IMG/VR virus record: IMGVR_UViG_3300025104_000001
Location: 26,768-90,767 of that record
Source of the DNA: a virus
Direction: 5' to 3' (one strand)
Length of the DNA: 64,000 bases
In this document: piece by piece, positions 7,314 to 16,605 of the stretch
Position numbering within the stretch: position 1 is the first letter of the stretch
How the letters are laid out: every line of letters begins with the position of its first letter
Position numbers and translations under genes: made by a program
Notes under the pieces: model-generated
Databases searched by the model: none
The model's input: only the letters and a program-made list of their open reading frames with translations
Told to the model about the DNA's origin: nothing

Positions 7314-7601
7314 TCAGAATTCTTCGCTGACAACAACTTCTTGCTGATTCTTGAAAAATTCTTTTTCCCCAATCACGTGTCGCTTTTCCTGAATCGTAAG
7401 TTTGCCGAAGAACTTACGCGGGTTGCCACACAAGACACAATTGCTATTCCCACAGGTTACAGTATTTAGCTTATGAAGTCTATGCCCGACACGCTTACCT
7501 TTCAACCCCAGCCACTTGGCGATCTTCATCTGTCTTGCGATATGGCGTTCATCGTTTGCAAGACGCTTGCTGTGTTTCAACCTTTGTTCTACATCGCTCA
7601 T
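7314..7601 (-). CDS. Hypothetical basic protein with Cys cluster
   Basis: CGNSNCVLCGNPRK motif; AAGGAG RBS. Confidence 0.7.
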   Translation of the reverse strand: MSDVEQRLKHSKRLANDERHIARQMKIAKWLGLKGKRVGHRLHKLNTVTCGNSNCVLCGNPRKFFGKLTIQEKRHVIGEKEFFKNQQEVVVSEEF

Positions 7602-7736
7602 ATATCTTTCTCCTTGTACGTCGGAGACCCATTGAACCCTATTATAGGGGCAATTTTCGCTTCACAACAAAAACCATACGGGGTTCTTAGACATTCATTT
7701 GAACCACCAAGACCCACACCCCATCCAATCTCTAAC

Positions 7737-8153
7737 CTAAATCTTTTCTACCTCGACACCTAGCTGCTGAAGAAACTTGATACCATCATCAGAACGATAC
7801 TGATTTCTGTACCATACCTTCCTGAACCCTGACGTCTTGATGGCTTTGGCACATTCGACGCAAGGCGCATGGGTCACAAACAAATCCGCACCGAGAGCAC
7901 TCTGACCGTCCCGTGCCATTTTGTAGATTGCGTTTTGTTCTGCATGAATGACCTCAGGCCTTGTTACAGTAGAACCGTCTTCATTCTGTGTCTCACAGAC
8001 GTTATCAAACCCCGGCGGTGTGCCGTTGTAACCCACGCTAAGAATACGATGGTCTTTCACAGCAACAGCACCGACCTTGAGCCTTGTAGCGGTTGAAGTC
8101 TTGGCAACAACCTCTGCAATCTCAATGTAAAGGTCTACGAATTTCCGTTTCAT
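7737..8153 (-). CDS. cd: dCMP deaminase
   Basis: GYNG, HAEQN and PCxxC zinc-deaminase motifs. Confidence 0.92.
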   Translation of the reverse strand: MKRKFVDLYIEIAEVVAKTSTATRLKVGAVAVKDHRILSVGYNGTPPGFDNVCETQNEDGSTVTRPEVIHAEQNAIYKMARDGQSALGADLFVTHAPCVECAKAIKTSGFRKVWYRNQYRSDDGIKFLQQLGVEVEKI

Positions 8154-8197
8154 TAGGAATGTGCAAAATACGCAATTTTGTTCAAGATGACGGACAA

Positions 8198-8470
8198 TTA
8201 GGCGGTCAAGTCTTTTTCACGTTTTGTGGAGTCACTTTTTTGTTTTGGTGGAATCTTACGAAGCCATGATGCCGAAAAGTCTGCAAATTTTCCCGAGCCT
8301 CCAAATTCAGTCACCAAACCTTGACCTTCACATTGCCAGATTCGTCCAAACTCCGGATGCTCACCTTTCAATGCACGAACGGTGACGATCTTTCCTCGAT
8401 TGGGACTATCTGTCCCGAAAGCGCCGCCGATTACTTCACATACATCACCTGTCTTGATTGGTTCTTGCAT
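8198..8470 (-). CDS. Hypothetical protein
   Basis: 90-aa ORF with RBS. Confidence 0.6.
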   Translation of the reverse strand: MQEPIKTGDVCEVIGGAFGTDSPNRGKIVTVRALKGEHPEFGRIWQCEGQGLVTEFGGSGKFADFSASWLRKIPPKQKSDSTKREKDLTA

Positions 8471-8506
8471 TTGTGTTTCTGTCCCTCATGCAAATACCTT
8501 TGTGAA

Positions 8507-8590
8507 TGGCACCCCCTGGAGGAATCGAACCTCGTGCCGTCCATCCTTCACTAAGGAACGGTTTAGAAGACCGTTGAAGGGACAGGGGGT
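8507..8590 (-). ncRNA. Atypical tRNA-like RNA (TCT anticodon, no D-arm, enlarged variable region)
   Basis: ACCCCCTG/CAGGGGGT acceptor plus GCCA; AACGGT-CT-TCT-AA-ACCGTT; GAGG-TTCGATT-CCTC; only 7 nt where the D-arm should be. Confidence 0.7.
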
Positions 8591-8673
8591 TTAATTTACA
8601 AAGGTATTCATACAACTAAGTTTTATGATATTCGTTTCACCATAGACGCATTGTTCTTCTTACTATATCTTCT

Positions 8674-8928
8674 TTAAAACATTTGAGCAATCAAAGGCGT
8701 TTCATCGAGTTCTTCGACGATGTTGGAGTAGTTATTCTTAATGTATCGTTCCAACACCTTCTTCTTGGACTTACCATTAATAGACTTCACGTCGATAATA
8801 AAAGGATACATGCTTCTATCTTTGCGGTAAGCAGGTTCAAACTCATAGACATACCAAGTGTCTTCGGGACCTTCCCAACGAGACTTAGGAACAAACTTGT
8901 ACTCAACCTTAACTGCTTTGTCGATCAT
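8674..8928 (-). CDS. Hypothetical protein
   Basis: ATG 8928 downstream of GTAGAC-N18-CATAAT promoter. Confidence 0.6.
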   Translation of the reverse strand: MIDKAVKVEYKFVPKSRWEGPEDTWYVYEFEPAYRKDRSMYPFIIDVKSINGKSKKKVLERYIKNNYSNIVEELDETPLIAQMF

Positions 8929-8982
8929 TTTGTATTCAATGTGCTCCAATGCCTCTATTATGCGGCACAAAAGTTGCTTTGT

Positions 8983-9519
8983 CTACAACCCCGTTCTTGC
9001 TATTGCGTAACTGTCTACTATATCATGCGCAGGGGAAGCAAGTTTGCTCATTTGCATCCATTTTACAATATCTATGCCTTCTTTGTCAAGTAGGGTTTGC
9101 ACCATGGCTTCCTTGTTGGCGTTGCCCTTTCCTGTCCAGTGCTTCTTGACCGCCGTGGGTGCAATGATTTCAGGATGCAACCCAAACGACTTCTTGAGGT
9201 GATATTTCAACAAGCCAGCATTCTCTGCAATGTTGAACAACATGCTACCTCGTGCCCCGAAAGCGTAACCTTCTAGGATGATCTTAGAGCCAGCTTCCCA
9301 ATGCTGTTGTATTTTCTCAACAGACCATTTTGCTAGGGTTTCATAGCGATCAACGTTATCTGCCCAGTCCTTTTGGATAAGCGTACCCTCATAATTCAGA
9401 GCCTTTACACAGACCTTCTTGTTTGCATTTGCAAAATAGAAAAAGGATGATTTGAAGTCATCCCCTAGAACGCAAATTGATGGACTGGTATAAGAATAGT
9501 CTATACCAAATATCTTCAT
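8983..9519 (-). CDS. RuvC-like Holliday junction resolvase
   Basis: GIDYSY, LEGYAF, PTAVKK..TGKGNANK and DIVDSYAIA RNase H-fold motifs. Confidence 0.8.
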   Translation of the reverse strand: MKIFGIDYSYTSPSICVLGDDFKSSFFYFANANKKVCVKALNYEGTLIQKDWADNVDRYETLAKWSVEKIQQHWEAGSKIILEGYAFGARGSMLFNIAENAGLLKYHLKKSFGLHPEIIAPTAVKKHWTGKGNANKEAMVQTLLDKEGIDIVKWMQMSKLASPAHDIVDSYAIARTGL

Positions 9520-9848
9520 TTTTCTTTCAGTGATTCAGCAAGAAGCTCTCCCTTTTCGTCAAGAGACTCGGATGCTTCTTTCATCAGTCGATAGGCTTGG
9601 AACACAGCGACGTTACGCCAATCGTCACCGTACTTTTCACGAAATTCTTCTTCACGTTGGAGAATAGCTTGTTTGAGTTTTTCGTATTCCTTGCGCACCC
9701 GAGCAGGGAATGAATTCACATCTTTCTCAAAAAAGAATTCCACATATGAAGTATCATTCGGAGGCGTCCATGGTCCTGAAGTATAATCTTCATCTAACCC
9801 AAGTTCTCTTTTTATACGACGCAGATACACGAGTTTGTCTATTAACAT
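9516..9848 (-). CDS. Hypothetical protein
   Basis: ORF between primase and resolvase; ATGA overlap with the resolvase. Confidence 0.55.
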   Translation of the reverse strand: MLIDKLVYLRRIKRELGLDEDYTSGPWTPPNDTSYVEFFFEKDVNSFPARVRKEYEKLKQAILQREEEFREKYGDDWRNVAVFQAYRLMKEASESLDEKGELLAESLKEK

Positions 9849-10845
9849 CGGAATTAATCCTTTTCCATTTGGCATACTCCATCATTGCTCTAACATGATG
9901 GAAAGTTCTTTTCTTGATTAAGGCATTAACATCAATGCCGTCTTCCACCATTCTATTTATATCCTTTTGCTGAATGTCATTCGGAAAAATAACAACCCTT
10001 TCATTTTGCCGAATTGCATTAGCCATGTATCTGCAAATATTCACATTACGAGGTTCGTTGTCCCAAATATGAATTGCATTCTTGATACCAAGATTGTATT
10101 TCTGATATGCCAGAAGGTTTGCGTCCAATGTTGCAATGCAATTGTCTAGGAACAATGAATCAATGGCGCCCTCAACTACATAAACAGGTTTTGTGTAATC
10201 CAGATCACCCAAACCAAATATCTTGGGATAGCTCTCGTCAATCTTCAGTGTAATATAGCGAAGCTCTGAACTTTTGAAAGCACGGGCAATCAGAATCTTA
10301 AGGTTGCCAAATTTATCTGTTTCTGTCAAGATGATTCGAGGGTCGGCCGGGACTGTTTGCTCGAGACCAATCTTCTCAACAAAATCACGAAAGTTAGATG
10401 TGTACCAAAACTTCTTGTATTTCTCTTTAGGAATTTTGCGTGACTTCAGATATTCAACAGCAGGGTGAATCTTGGACAGCTCTGATATTGGAGTAAGATA
10501 TTTCGTCCAATCTTTGAGTTCTTCTGGCTCTTGTTTCTTTTCCTCAACCTTAGATTCTTCTCGTTCGCCTTTGAACGATTCGAGTACATACTCCTTATAG
10601 AGTCTCGGGTTTAGGAATTTCAGGAACGTCTTGAATTTGTGATTCTCTCCGCAATTGTGACACTGAAACGACAACAGACCCGTCTTGTCCTTGTATATGT
10701 AGCCACGCGCCTTTGCTTCGCTCTTTTCAGAGTCGCCGCAATACGGACAACGGAAATTCCACAACAGATTGCCCTTTTGCTTAAAGCGATCTAATTGTGA
10801 AGCTACAAACGATAAGAACTTTTGCTGAATGTAAAGATGTTCCAA
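9790..10845 (-). CDS. 61: DNA primase (T4 gp61-like)
   Basis: NFRCPYCGDS...CHNC Zn ribbon; VVEGAIDSLF TOPRIM; WDNEPRN; KDIN. Confidence 0.93.
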   Translation of the reverse strand: MEHLYIQQKFLSFVASQLDRFKQKGNLLWNFRCPYCGDSEKSEAKARGYIYKDKTGLLSFQCHNCGENHKFKTFLKFLNPRLYKEYVLESFKGEREESKVEEKKQEPEELKDWTKYLTPISELSKIHPAVEYLKSRKIPKEKYKKFWYTSNFRDFVEKIGLEQTVPADPRIILTETDKFGNLKILIARAFKSSELRYITLKIDESYPKIFGLGDLDYTKPVYVVEGAIDSLFLDNCIATLDANLLAYQKYNLGIKNAIHIWDNEPRNVNICRYMANAIRQNERVVIFPNDIQQKDINRMVEDGIDVNALIKKRTFHHVRAMMEYAKWKRINSDVNRQTRVSASYKKRTWVR

Positions 10846-10879
10846 GGTTCGCTACTCCTACATGAACCTTGAGAATACA

Positions 10880-11344
10880 TCATTTTTCCTTGTCTGTCAA
10901 GGTCTCTTCTTCTTCTTTCCTTTTGCGACGAACCATGCCTAAGGGCTTAGGTGAGTCTGTTGAAACAGCAGAGCCTGTCACGTTGGTTGGTGTTTCCTCA
11001 TGCATGTTGAAGATTGCTTCCTCAATCATTGCCCATTCACGTTCAGAAATATCTAGCTCTTTCAAACCTTCTTTCAATAGCAACAATGATGCGGTGGCTG
11101 CCGCAAGCCATGATTTGCCGCCTGGAACCGTTCCAAGCAAACGCTTCAGGTTGAACACTATTCGGTGCAAATATGTGAATGAATCTTTCTCTTCAGATGT
11201 TTTCAAGTCTCTGAAACGACGAAGGCGTTTGCCGTCCTTGTCGATTATACCAAACTTGAAAGCTTCTTGCTGTTCCCAAGGGGTAGTTAGAAGTTTGATG
11301 ATTCTTAAGGCGTATATAAAGTCGCCCATTCTTGTAATGTTCAT
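10880..11344 (-). CDS. Conserved T4-like protein (gp61.1-like)
   Basis: LLTTPW..AFKFGIIDKDG..HRIVFNLKR; position upstream of primase. Confidence 0.65.
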   Translation of the reverse strand: MNITRMGDFIYALRIIKLLTTPWEQQEAFKFGIIDKDGKRLRRFRDLKTSEEKDSFTYLHRIVFNLKRLLGTVPGGKSWLAAATASLLLLKEGLKELDISEREWAMIEEAIFNMHEETPTNVTGSAVSTDSPKPLGMVRRKRKEEEETLTDKEK

Positions 11345-11730
11345 AATTCCAAATCTTTGAGAATTATTTTTTGAAATGACTTGTTGATTCGTGTCGGATC
11401 AAATTTGATTTTTAGATTGGGGTTGACAACCACATGGCTCTCAATACCCCAAACCGTATTTAGAAACGTCATCACTAAATCATGGTTGTTAGGATGTGAC
11501 AGAAGAAATAAACTCTTTGCTACAAACTCCACACCGAAGCAATTACATGCAATAATAAAATTATTGAAAACAAGACGAGTAGAAAACCTTCCAGTCTCGG
11601 AAAATTTTTCAATTTTCCCCGCGACTCTTTTGATAAGCGCAAGGTCTTGTTCAAATTCTTCATCCGAGAAAACGGGATTTCTATATAATTTCGCCGCTGT
11701 CAGCTTGTAACTGCTTAGAGTGATTTGCAT
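11341..11730 (-). CDS. Conserved T4-like hypothetical protein
   Basis: YRNP..EEFEQDL motif; synteny. Confidence 0.65.
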   Translation of the reverse strand: MQITLSSYKLTAAKLYRNPVFSDEEFEQDLALIKRVAGKIEKFSETGRFSTRLVFNNFIIACNCFGVEFVAKSLFLLSHPNNHDLVMTFLNTVWGIESHVVVNPNLKIKFDPTRINKSFQKIILKDLEL

Positions 11731-12125
11731 TATTCTTTGTCTAGTTCCTCGAAGTATTCGTCATCCATTTCCGTTTCCCAAACGTATTGGAGCTCCATAT
11801 CAATCTCATATTCACCATCCTCAGAGTCTCGGTAATAGGTGACAACCAAATTGTATTCGCTTTGGTCACCTTCCTTATAGACTGGGATAATGAAACTAAT
11901 TGCTTCTTGGGCTGAAGAATCTTCCAAATTGATGCGAATATTTTCCACATCGTCATAATTCAAATACAACCCCTTTGACCTCAACAATGAGTCGGCATGC
12001 TCGATAAACTTAATGACCTCACCATAATCAGTGAATGTCTTTTCACAGAAAATGGTTAGTTGGTCATTGATGGCGTCTAGTTCGTCACTGAAATCATCAT
12101 CAAGATCATAGGTTTCATGCAACAT
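11730..12125 (-). CDS. Acidic hypothetical protein
   Basis: ATG 12125 with GAGG RBS; strongly D/E-rich. Confidence 0.6.
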   Translation of the reverse strand: MLHETYDLDDDFSDELDAINDQLTIFCEKTFTDYGEVIKFIEHADSLLRSKGLYLNYDDVENIRINLEDSSAQEAISFIIPVYKEGDQSEYNLVVTYYRDSEDGEYEIDMELQYVWETEMDDEYFEELDKE

Positions 12126-12426
12126 TTTTACCTCTACCTCTACGCTTAGCCTTTGGTGCTTCTTCTGCAATTACTTCTACGGGTTGTTCGTCTGCAATGG
12201 CGGCTTCCCCTTGGACTGTTTCATCAATCACGGCATCTTCCACGACTTCTGAAATCACGGCTTCAGCAGTAGGGACCTCGACCAATTGTTCTTCGACTTT
12301 GGGAAGAGGTTTAACACCGCCACGAACTGAAACAAGCAATTCGCCTGTTACTGGATGACGCCAGCCACGGTCGCTCGGCACAGCATCGGGGCACCAGCTT
12401 GGCGGAAAATTAACAATATTCCTCAT
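12115..12426 (-). CDS. Hypothetical protein
   Basis: PPSWCPDAVP..RGWRHPVTGELLV domain plus acidic tail. Confidence 0.6.
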   Translation of the reverse strand: MRNIVNFPPSWCPDAVPSDRGWRHPVTGELLVSVRGGVKPLPKVEEQLVEVPTAEAVISEVVEDAVIDETVQGEAAIADEQPVEVIAEEAPKAKRRGRGKNVA

Positions 12427-13045
12427 TTAGCATATCTCCTAGAAAGTTTTCCAATAGTTCATCCAATTCTTCGTTTAGGACGTCCTGTAGTAATTTATAC
12501 AATTCTTGGGTGTCCTTTTCCGATGCTTTCTTAGGCATGCCTTTTCTGAATGATGCATAATCACCCACCTTGACAAAACCTCTCATCTTGGAAGCACTCA
12601 TGCCTGTTGCATCATCGGCGTCAGGGTCGCGTTCGCCTGCGCTAATCAATTCAACAACATCAAAGCGTGTCTTGTTACGTTCGGCTATGTCTTTGTAACC
12701 TTCCATTCGGTCAGAGCCAGCAAAGAAGTAAACTTCTTTGAATCCGTTGTTTGCAATCCAAGTGAATGCATTGATAGGTGTCTTGACATTTGGATCATCC
12801 ACAAATGTCACTTCAGGAAAGAACTTCTTTGCCATTTTGATTTTCACATCAAACGGCAAAGGGTTCTTTTTCTTATCAACGGTTCTAGACAGGAACAATA
12901 CAGGCATGCCACCTATCTTCTTAGCATGTGCAACCAATTTGTCTATAAGTAACTGATGACCTGATGTTGGTGGATTCATCCTACCAAAGGCAAATACAAT
13001 CTTATCTTTCATTAGTGTTATCCAGTCATGGTTGATGTTTTTCAT
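12410..13045 (-). CDS. Cytidylyltransferase-like (HxGH nucleotidyltransferase)
   Basis: FGRMNPPTSGH, GSDR, SAGERDPD, MSASKMR. Confidence 0.8.
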   Translation of the reverse strand: MKNINHDWITLMKDKIVFAFGRMNPPTSGHQLLIDKLVAHAKKIGGMPVLFLSRTVDKKKNPLPFDVKIKMAKKFFPEVTFVDDPNVKTPINAFTWIANNGFKEVYFFAGSDRMEGYKDIAERNKTRFDVVELISAGERDPDADDATGMSASKMRGFVKVGDYASFRKGMPKKASEKDTQELYKLLQDVLNEELDELLENFLGDMLNEEYC

Positions 13046-13074
13046 TTATTTATCAATGGTCCCCTTATGTCACC

Positions 13075-13161
13075 TAATATATCATCCCCACCCCATCCCC
13101 CATTGATAATCTGCTATAGTTTGAAAATTCTTCAATAAAATCAACAAGTTAACTTAGATCG
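13075..13161. repeat. Dispersed ~86-bp intergenic repeat, copy 1
   Basis: Near-identical to 45876-45961; contains IHF-consensus AATCAACAAGTTA at 13139-13151. Confidence 0.85.
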
Positions 13162-13229
13162 TGCTGTGACTTGATATTGTTTGAAACATGCCTTATAATA
13201 AGACATCTCGAATAAGAACAGGAGTTAGT

Positions 13230-13826
13230 ATGAGCACAGAGAAAAAAGCTGGACGCAATTATGTGGACAATGAAAAATTGTATGAATCTTTTTTAGAGTG
13301 GCATGCTAAACGTGCTGAGGCTGCTGAACAAGGTTTGGAAGAACCGCAACCACCAAAGTATATTTCGGAATGCATTGTGCTTATACCTACACGTTTAGCG
13401 TCCAAAGGAAATTTCTCGGGCTATTCATTCAAGGAGGACATGATTGGAGACGCTATTGAGAATATCATCCAATATTACAGAAACTTTGACCCAACAAAGT
13501 CTAAGAATCCGTTTGCATATTTCACACAGATCGCCTATTACGCCTTCCTGCGTAGGATCCTTCGAGAGAGGAAACAATCATATATCAAGCATAAGCTGAT
13601 TCAAAACAGCGACATCTTGGATAGCATCGTCACTCAAGAGCATGATGACAGTATCGACTATCATGTATCGATTGTTGAGACTATGAAGATGAACCTTCGC
13701 CCTGAGCTTGAGGAATATTTCGAGAGAAAGAAAGGCGTCAAGGCAAAGAAGATTGGTAAATCGATTGAGGACTTGCTAGAGGAAGAGCTGCAAGAAGTTG
13801 TGGAGGGCCCCGATGACGAAGCGTAA
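13230..13826 (+). CDS. 55: Late-transcription sigma factor gp55
   Basis: NYVDN, NFSGYSFKEDMIGDAIEN, NFDPTKSKNPFAYFTQI; AGGAG RBS. Confidence 0.93.
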   Translation: MSTEKKAGRNYVDNEKLYESFLEWHAKRAEAAEQGLEEPQPPKYISECIVLIPTRLASKGNFSGYSFKEDMIGDAIENIIQYYRNFDPTKSKNPFAYFTQIAYYAFLRRILRERKQSYIKHKLIQNSDILDSIVTQEHDDSIDYHVSIVETMKMNLRPELEEYFERKKGVKAKKIGKSIEDLLEEELQEVVEGPDDEA

Positions 13827-14901
13827 ACTGAACTGGGCTTTCATTACAGATCAACACTTCGGCTGCAGATCTGATAGCAAAATTTTCCACAGGCTGTTCA
13901 GGAAGTTCTACACTGAAGTTTTCATTCCGTTTCTCAAGGAGAATGAAATCAAGACTCTGTTTGTCTTGGGCGACTTCTTTGACCGCAGAAAATTCATCAA
14001 CTTTGAAACTCTCAAATTGTCAAGGGAAATATTCTTTGACCCCTTAAAGGAAATGGGAATCAAAGTTCATGCCATTGTGGGCAATCATGATGTAATGTAT
14101 AAGAACACAAACGCCGTCAATAGCTTGGACTTGCTTGTTAGTGAACATCATTATGACAACGTGACGGTGTATTCCGAACCTACAACGACTGTGGTTGATG
14201 ATGTTAAGGTGTTGATGCTACCTTGGATCAACTCTGAGAACTATGGTCGTTCCATTGATGCAATCAAACATTCAGACGCTCGCTTTGTGTTCGGTCACTT
14301 GGAGATGAAGGGGTTTGAATACCATAGGGGCATGGTGTCTGAACATGGTCACTGTGACGCCGATTTGCTTGCTAGATATGAGTATGTGTTCTCCGGTCAC
14401 TACCATCATCGTTCAAGCCGAGGCAACATTCATTACCTAGGCACCGCCTATGAGATGAATTGGTCTGATTACAACGACCCAAAGGGCTTTCATACCTTTG
14501 ACGGACAAAAATTGACGTTTGTAGAGAATCCTGAAAAGATTTTCATTCGCTTGGTTTACGATGATATAAACCCCAGGCAAATTGAAAAGGACATTGGGGA
14601 ACTAGGTTCTTTTAAAGATAAATTCGTCAAGGTGGTGATTCGGAGGAAGGAGCAACCAATCTTATTTGAACGATTCATAGACAAGATTGCAGAGACGGGT
14701 CCTTCTGACATAAACATTATTGACGAGACAAACTCTGTCAAAGTTCTGGCTGAGGTCGGGGACGAACTTCCTAAAGACACCCTTGAGGTTATCAAGAATT
14801 TCATTTATAATGATCTTGAGACAGATTTGTCTAAGGAGCGTCTGATGCGAAAGCTACAGACAATTTATGTCGCAGCAAAGGCGTTAGCCGATGATGAGTA
14901 A
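13813..14901 (+). CDS. 47: Recombination nuclease gp47 (Mre11/SbcD-like)
   Basis: TDQHFG, LGDFFD, GNHD, GHLE, SGHYH phosphoesterase motifs. Confidence 0.93.
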   Translation: MTKRKLNWAFITDQHFGCRSDSKIFHRLFRKFYTEVFIPFLKENEIKTLFVLGDFFDRRKFINFETLKLSREIFFDPLKEMGIKVHAIVGNHDVMYKNTNAVNSLDLLVSEHHYDNVTVYSEPTTTVVDDVKVLMLPWINSENYGRSIDAIKHSDARFVFGHLEMKGFEYHRGMVSEHGHCDADLLARYEYVFSGHYHHRSSRGNIHYLGTAYEMNWSDYNDPKGFHTFDGQKLTFVENPEKIFIRLVYDDINPRQIEKDIGELGSFKDKFVKVVIRRKEQPILFERFIDKIAETGPSDINIIDETNSVKVLAEVGDELPKDTLEVIKNFIYNDLETDLSKERLMRKLQTIYVAAKALADDE

Positions 14902-14904
14902 AAC

Positions 14905-16605
14905 ATGTTCTTAGTAAAAAAGATTCGATTCAAAAATTTCAGGTCATACGGCAATCAATTTACAGAGATAAACCTAATCAAGAGTGGCAGCACTGTTATC
15001 ACTGCACCTAATGGCAGTGGTAAATCTACCATCTTGATGGCGATTGAATTCGCACTGTTCGGCAAAGTGTCCAACGGCATCAACAAAAACGACTTGGTCA
15101 ATACAATCAACAAGAAAGATCTTGTCGTAGAGATTGAATGTGAAACGAAGGGCAAAGAGATTCTGATTCGCCGAGGCATCAAGCCTAACATCTTTGAAAT
15201 CTTCATTGATGGTAAATTGGTTGACCAAGAGGCGTCTACCAGAGACTATCAAACCCAATTTGAAGAAGAAATCCTGGGGTTCAACATCTCTAGCTTCCGC
15301 CAGGTTGTTTCAATCAGCGGCGGTTCATACACCCCGTTCCTTTTGCTATCTGCGGGGCAACGTAGAAAGATTGTTGAAGAGCTTTTGAACCTAACGGTGT
15401 TCTCTAAGATGTATATCATGCATCTTGCATCTATTGCACAAACGAAAGAAAATCTGCAATCAGTAGAAAACGAAATCGAGAAACTACAAGCATCGCTTGC
15501 TTCATTGAAGAAGGGTCTTGAAACCCTATCAGAGCAAGAAGAAGGCTATCGGAAAACGATTGAAGAAAACATTGAAAAAGCCAACTCAAAGATTCAGGCC
15601 ATCAATGACGAGATAAGAGATCAGAATGTTCAAATCGAAAAGCTCCAATCACAAGCAGACTCTTATGAAGTAAAAATCGCCAAGAAGACCAAGCTCCAAG
15701 AGTATGGACGGGACATGAGGAAGAAGATTCAGAAGATTACAGACTTCATCTCATTCTTCCGAGATAACGATACTTGCCCAACCTGCACCCAACCTATTAC
15801 TGAAGACTTCAAGGCGCAAGTCATCGAAGCTAAAGCAAATAAAAGAACAGAACTTCAGAGTAGCCTTGAAAATCTTAATGCGCTACTTCAAAAGACCGAG
15901 TCAGAAATCGAAAAGCTAGATGAAGTCCTAAAGAAGATTCGTTCTCTTGAAAACAACATCCACACAAACACAAAGCGCATCTCTGACCTTCAGGCATACA
16001 TTTCAGAGCAACAGAAGATCTTGGGTAAAAAACATTTCAGCTCGGCAGACCTTACAGCAGAAATTAAGAAAACTTCTCAGGATATTTCTGAATTAAAAGC
16101 TCGTCGTCTAGAACTTCTTGAAGAAAAACAATATAATGAGGTCATCAGTGCAATCATCAAGGACAACGGCATCAAGTCCAAGATCATTGCGCAATATGTG
16201 CCTCGAATGAACCAAGAGATCAACAAGTTCCTAGAGCTATTGGATTTGGGTATTTCATTCGAGATCAATGAGAATTTTGAAGAACGTATTCTTTCACGTT
16301 TCAAAGACGAACTTTCATACATGAGTTTCTCTGCGGGCGAACGTGCGAGAATTGACATTGCAATTCTTTTCACTTGGAGGGAGTTAGCTAAATTAAAGAA
16401 CTCGCTTAATTGCAATCTGCTCTTCCTAGACGAGATTTTTGATGCAGTATTGGACGACCAGGGACTAGAATCATTCATAAATCTGTTAAAATATCATCTA
16501 AGTGATACGAACGTTTTTCTAATTAGTCATCGACCCGAGGTTGTGGACAAATTTGAGAGCAATCTCCGCATTGTCAAATCTGCAAACTTTTCAAGGATAG
16601 AATAA
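14905..16605 (+). CDS. 46: Recombination ATPase gp46 (Rad50/SbcC-like)
   Basis: PNGSGKST, CPTC hook, FSAGE signature, FLDE Walker B. Confidence 0.95.
   Translation: MFLVKKIRFKNFRSYGNQFTEINLIKSGSTVITAPNGSGKSTILMAIEFALFGKVSNGINKNDLVNTINKKDLVVEIECETKGKEILIRRGIKPNIFEIFIDGKLVDQEASTRDYQTQFEEEILGFNISSFRQVVSISGGSYTPFLLLSAGQRRKIVEELLNLTVFSKMYIMHLASIAQTKENLQSVENEIEKLQASLASLKKGLETLSEQEEGYRKTIEENIEKANSKIQAINDEIRDQNVQIEKLQSQADSYEVKIAKKTKLQEYGRDMRKKIQKITDFISFFRDNDTCPTCTQPITEDFKAQVIEAKANKRTELQSSLENLNALLQKTESEIEKLDEVLKKIRSLENNIHTNTKRISDLQAYISEQQKILGKKHFSSADLTAEIKKTSQDISELKARRLELLEEKQYNEVISAIIKDNGIKSKIIAQYVPRMNQEINKFLELLDLGISFEINENFEERILSRFKDELSYMSFSAGERARIDIAILFTWRELAKLKNSLNCNLLFLDEIFDAVLDDQGLESFINLLKYHLSDTNVFLISHRPEVVDKFESNLRIVKSANFSRIE

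Noticed and set aside
13085-13102. Canonical G-quadruplex in the dispersed repeat
   Set aside because: Only three long G-runs; a three-tier intramolecular G4 is not supported
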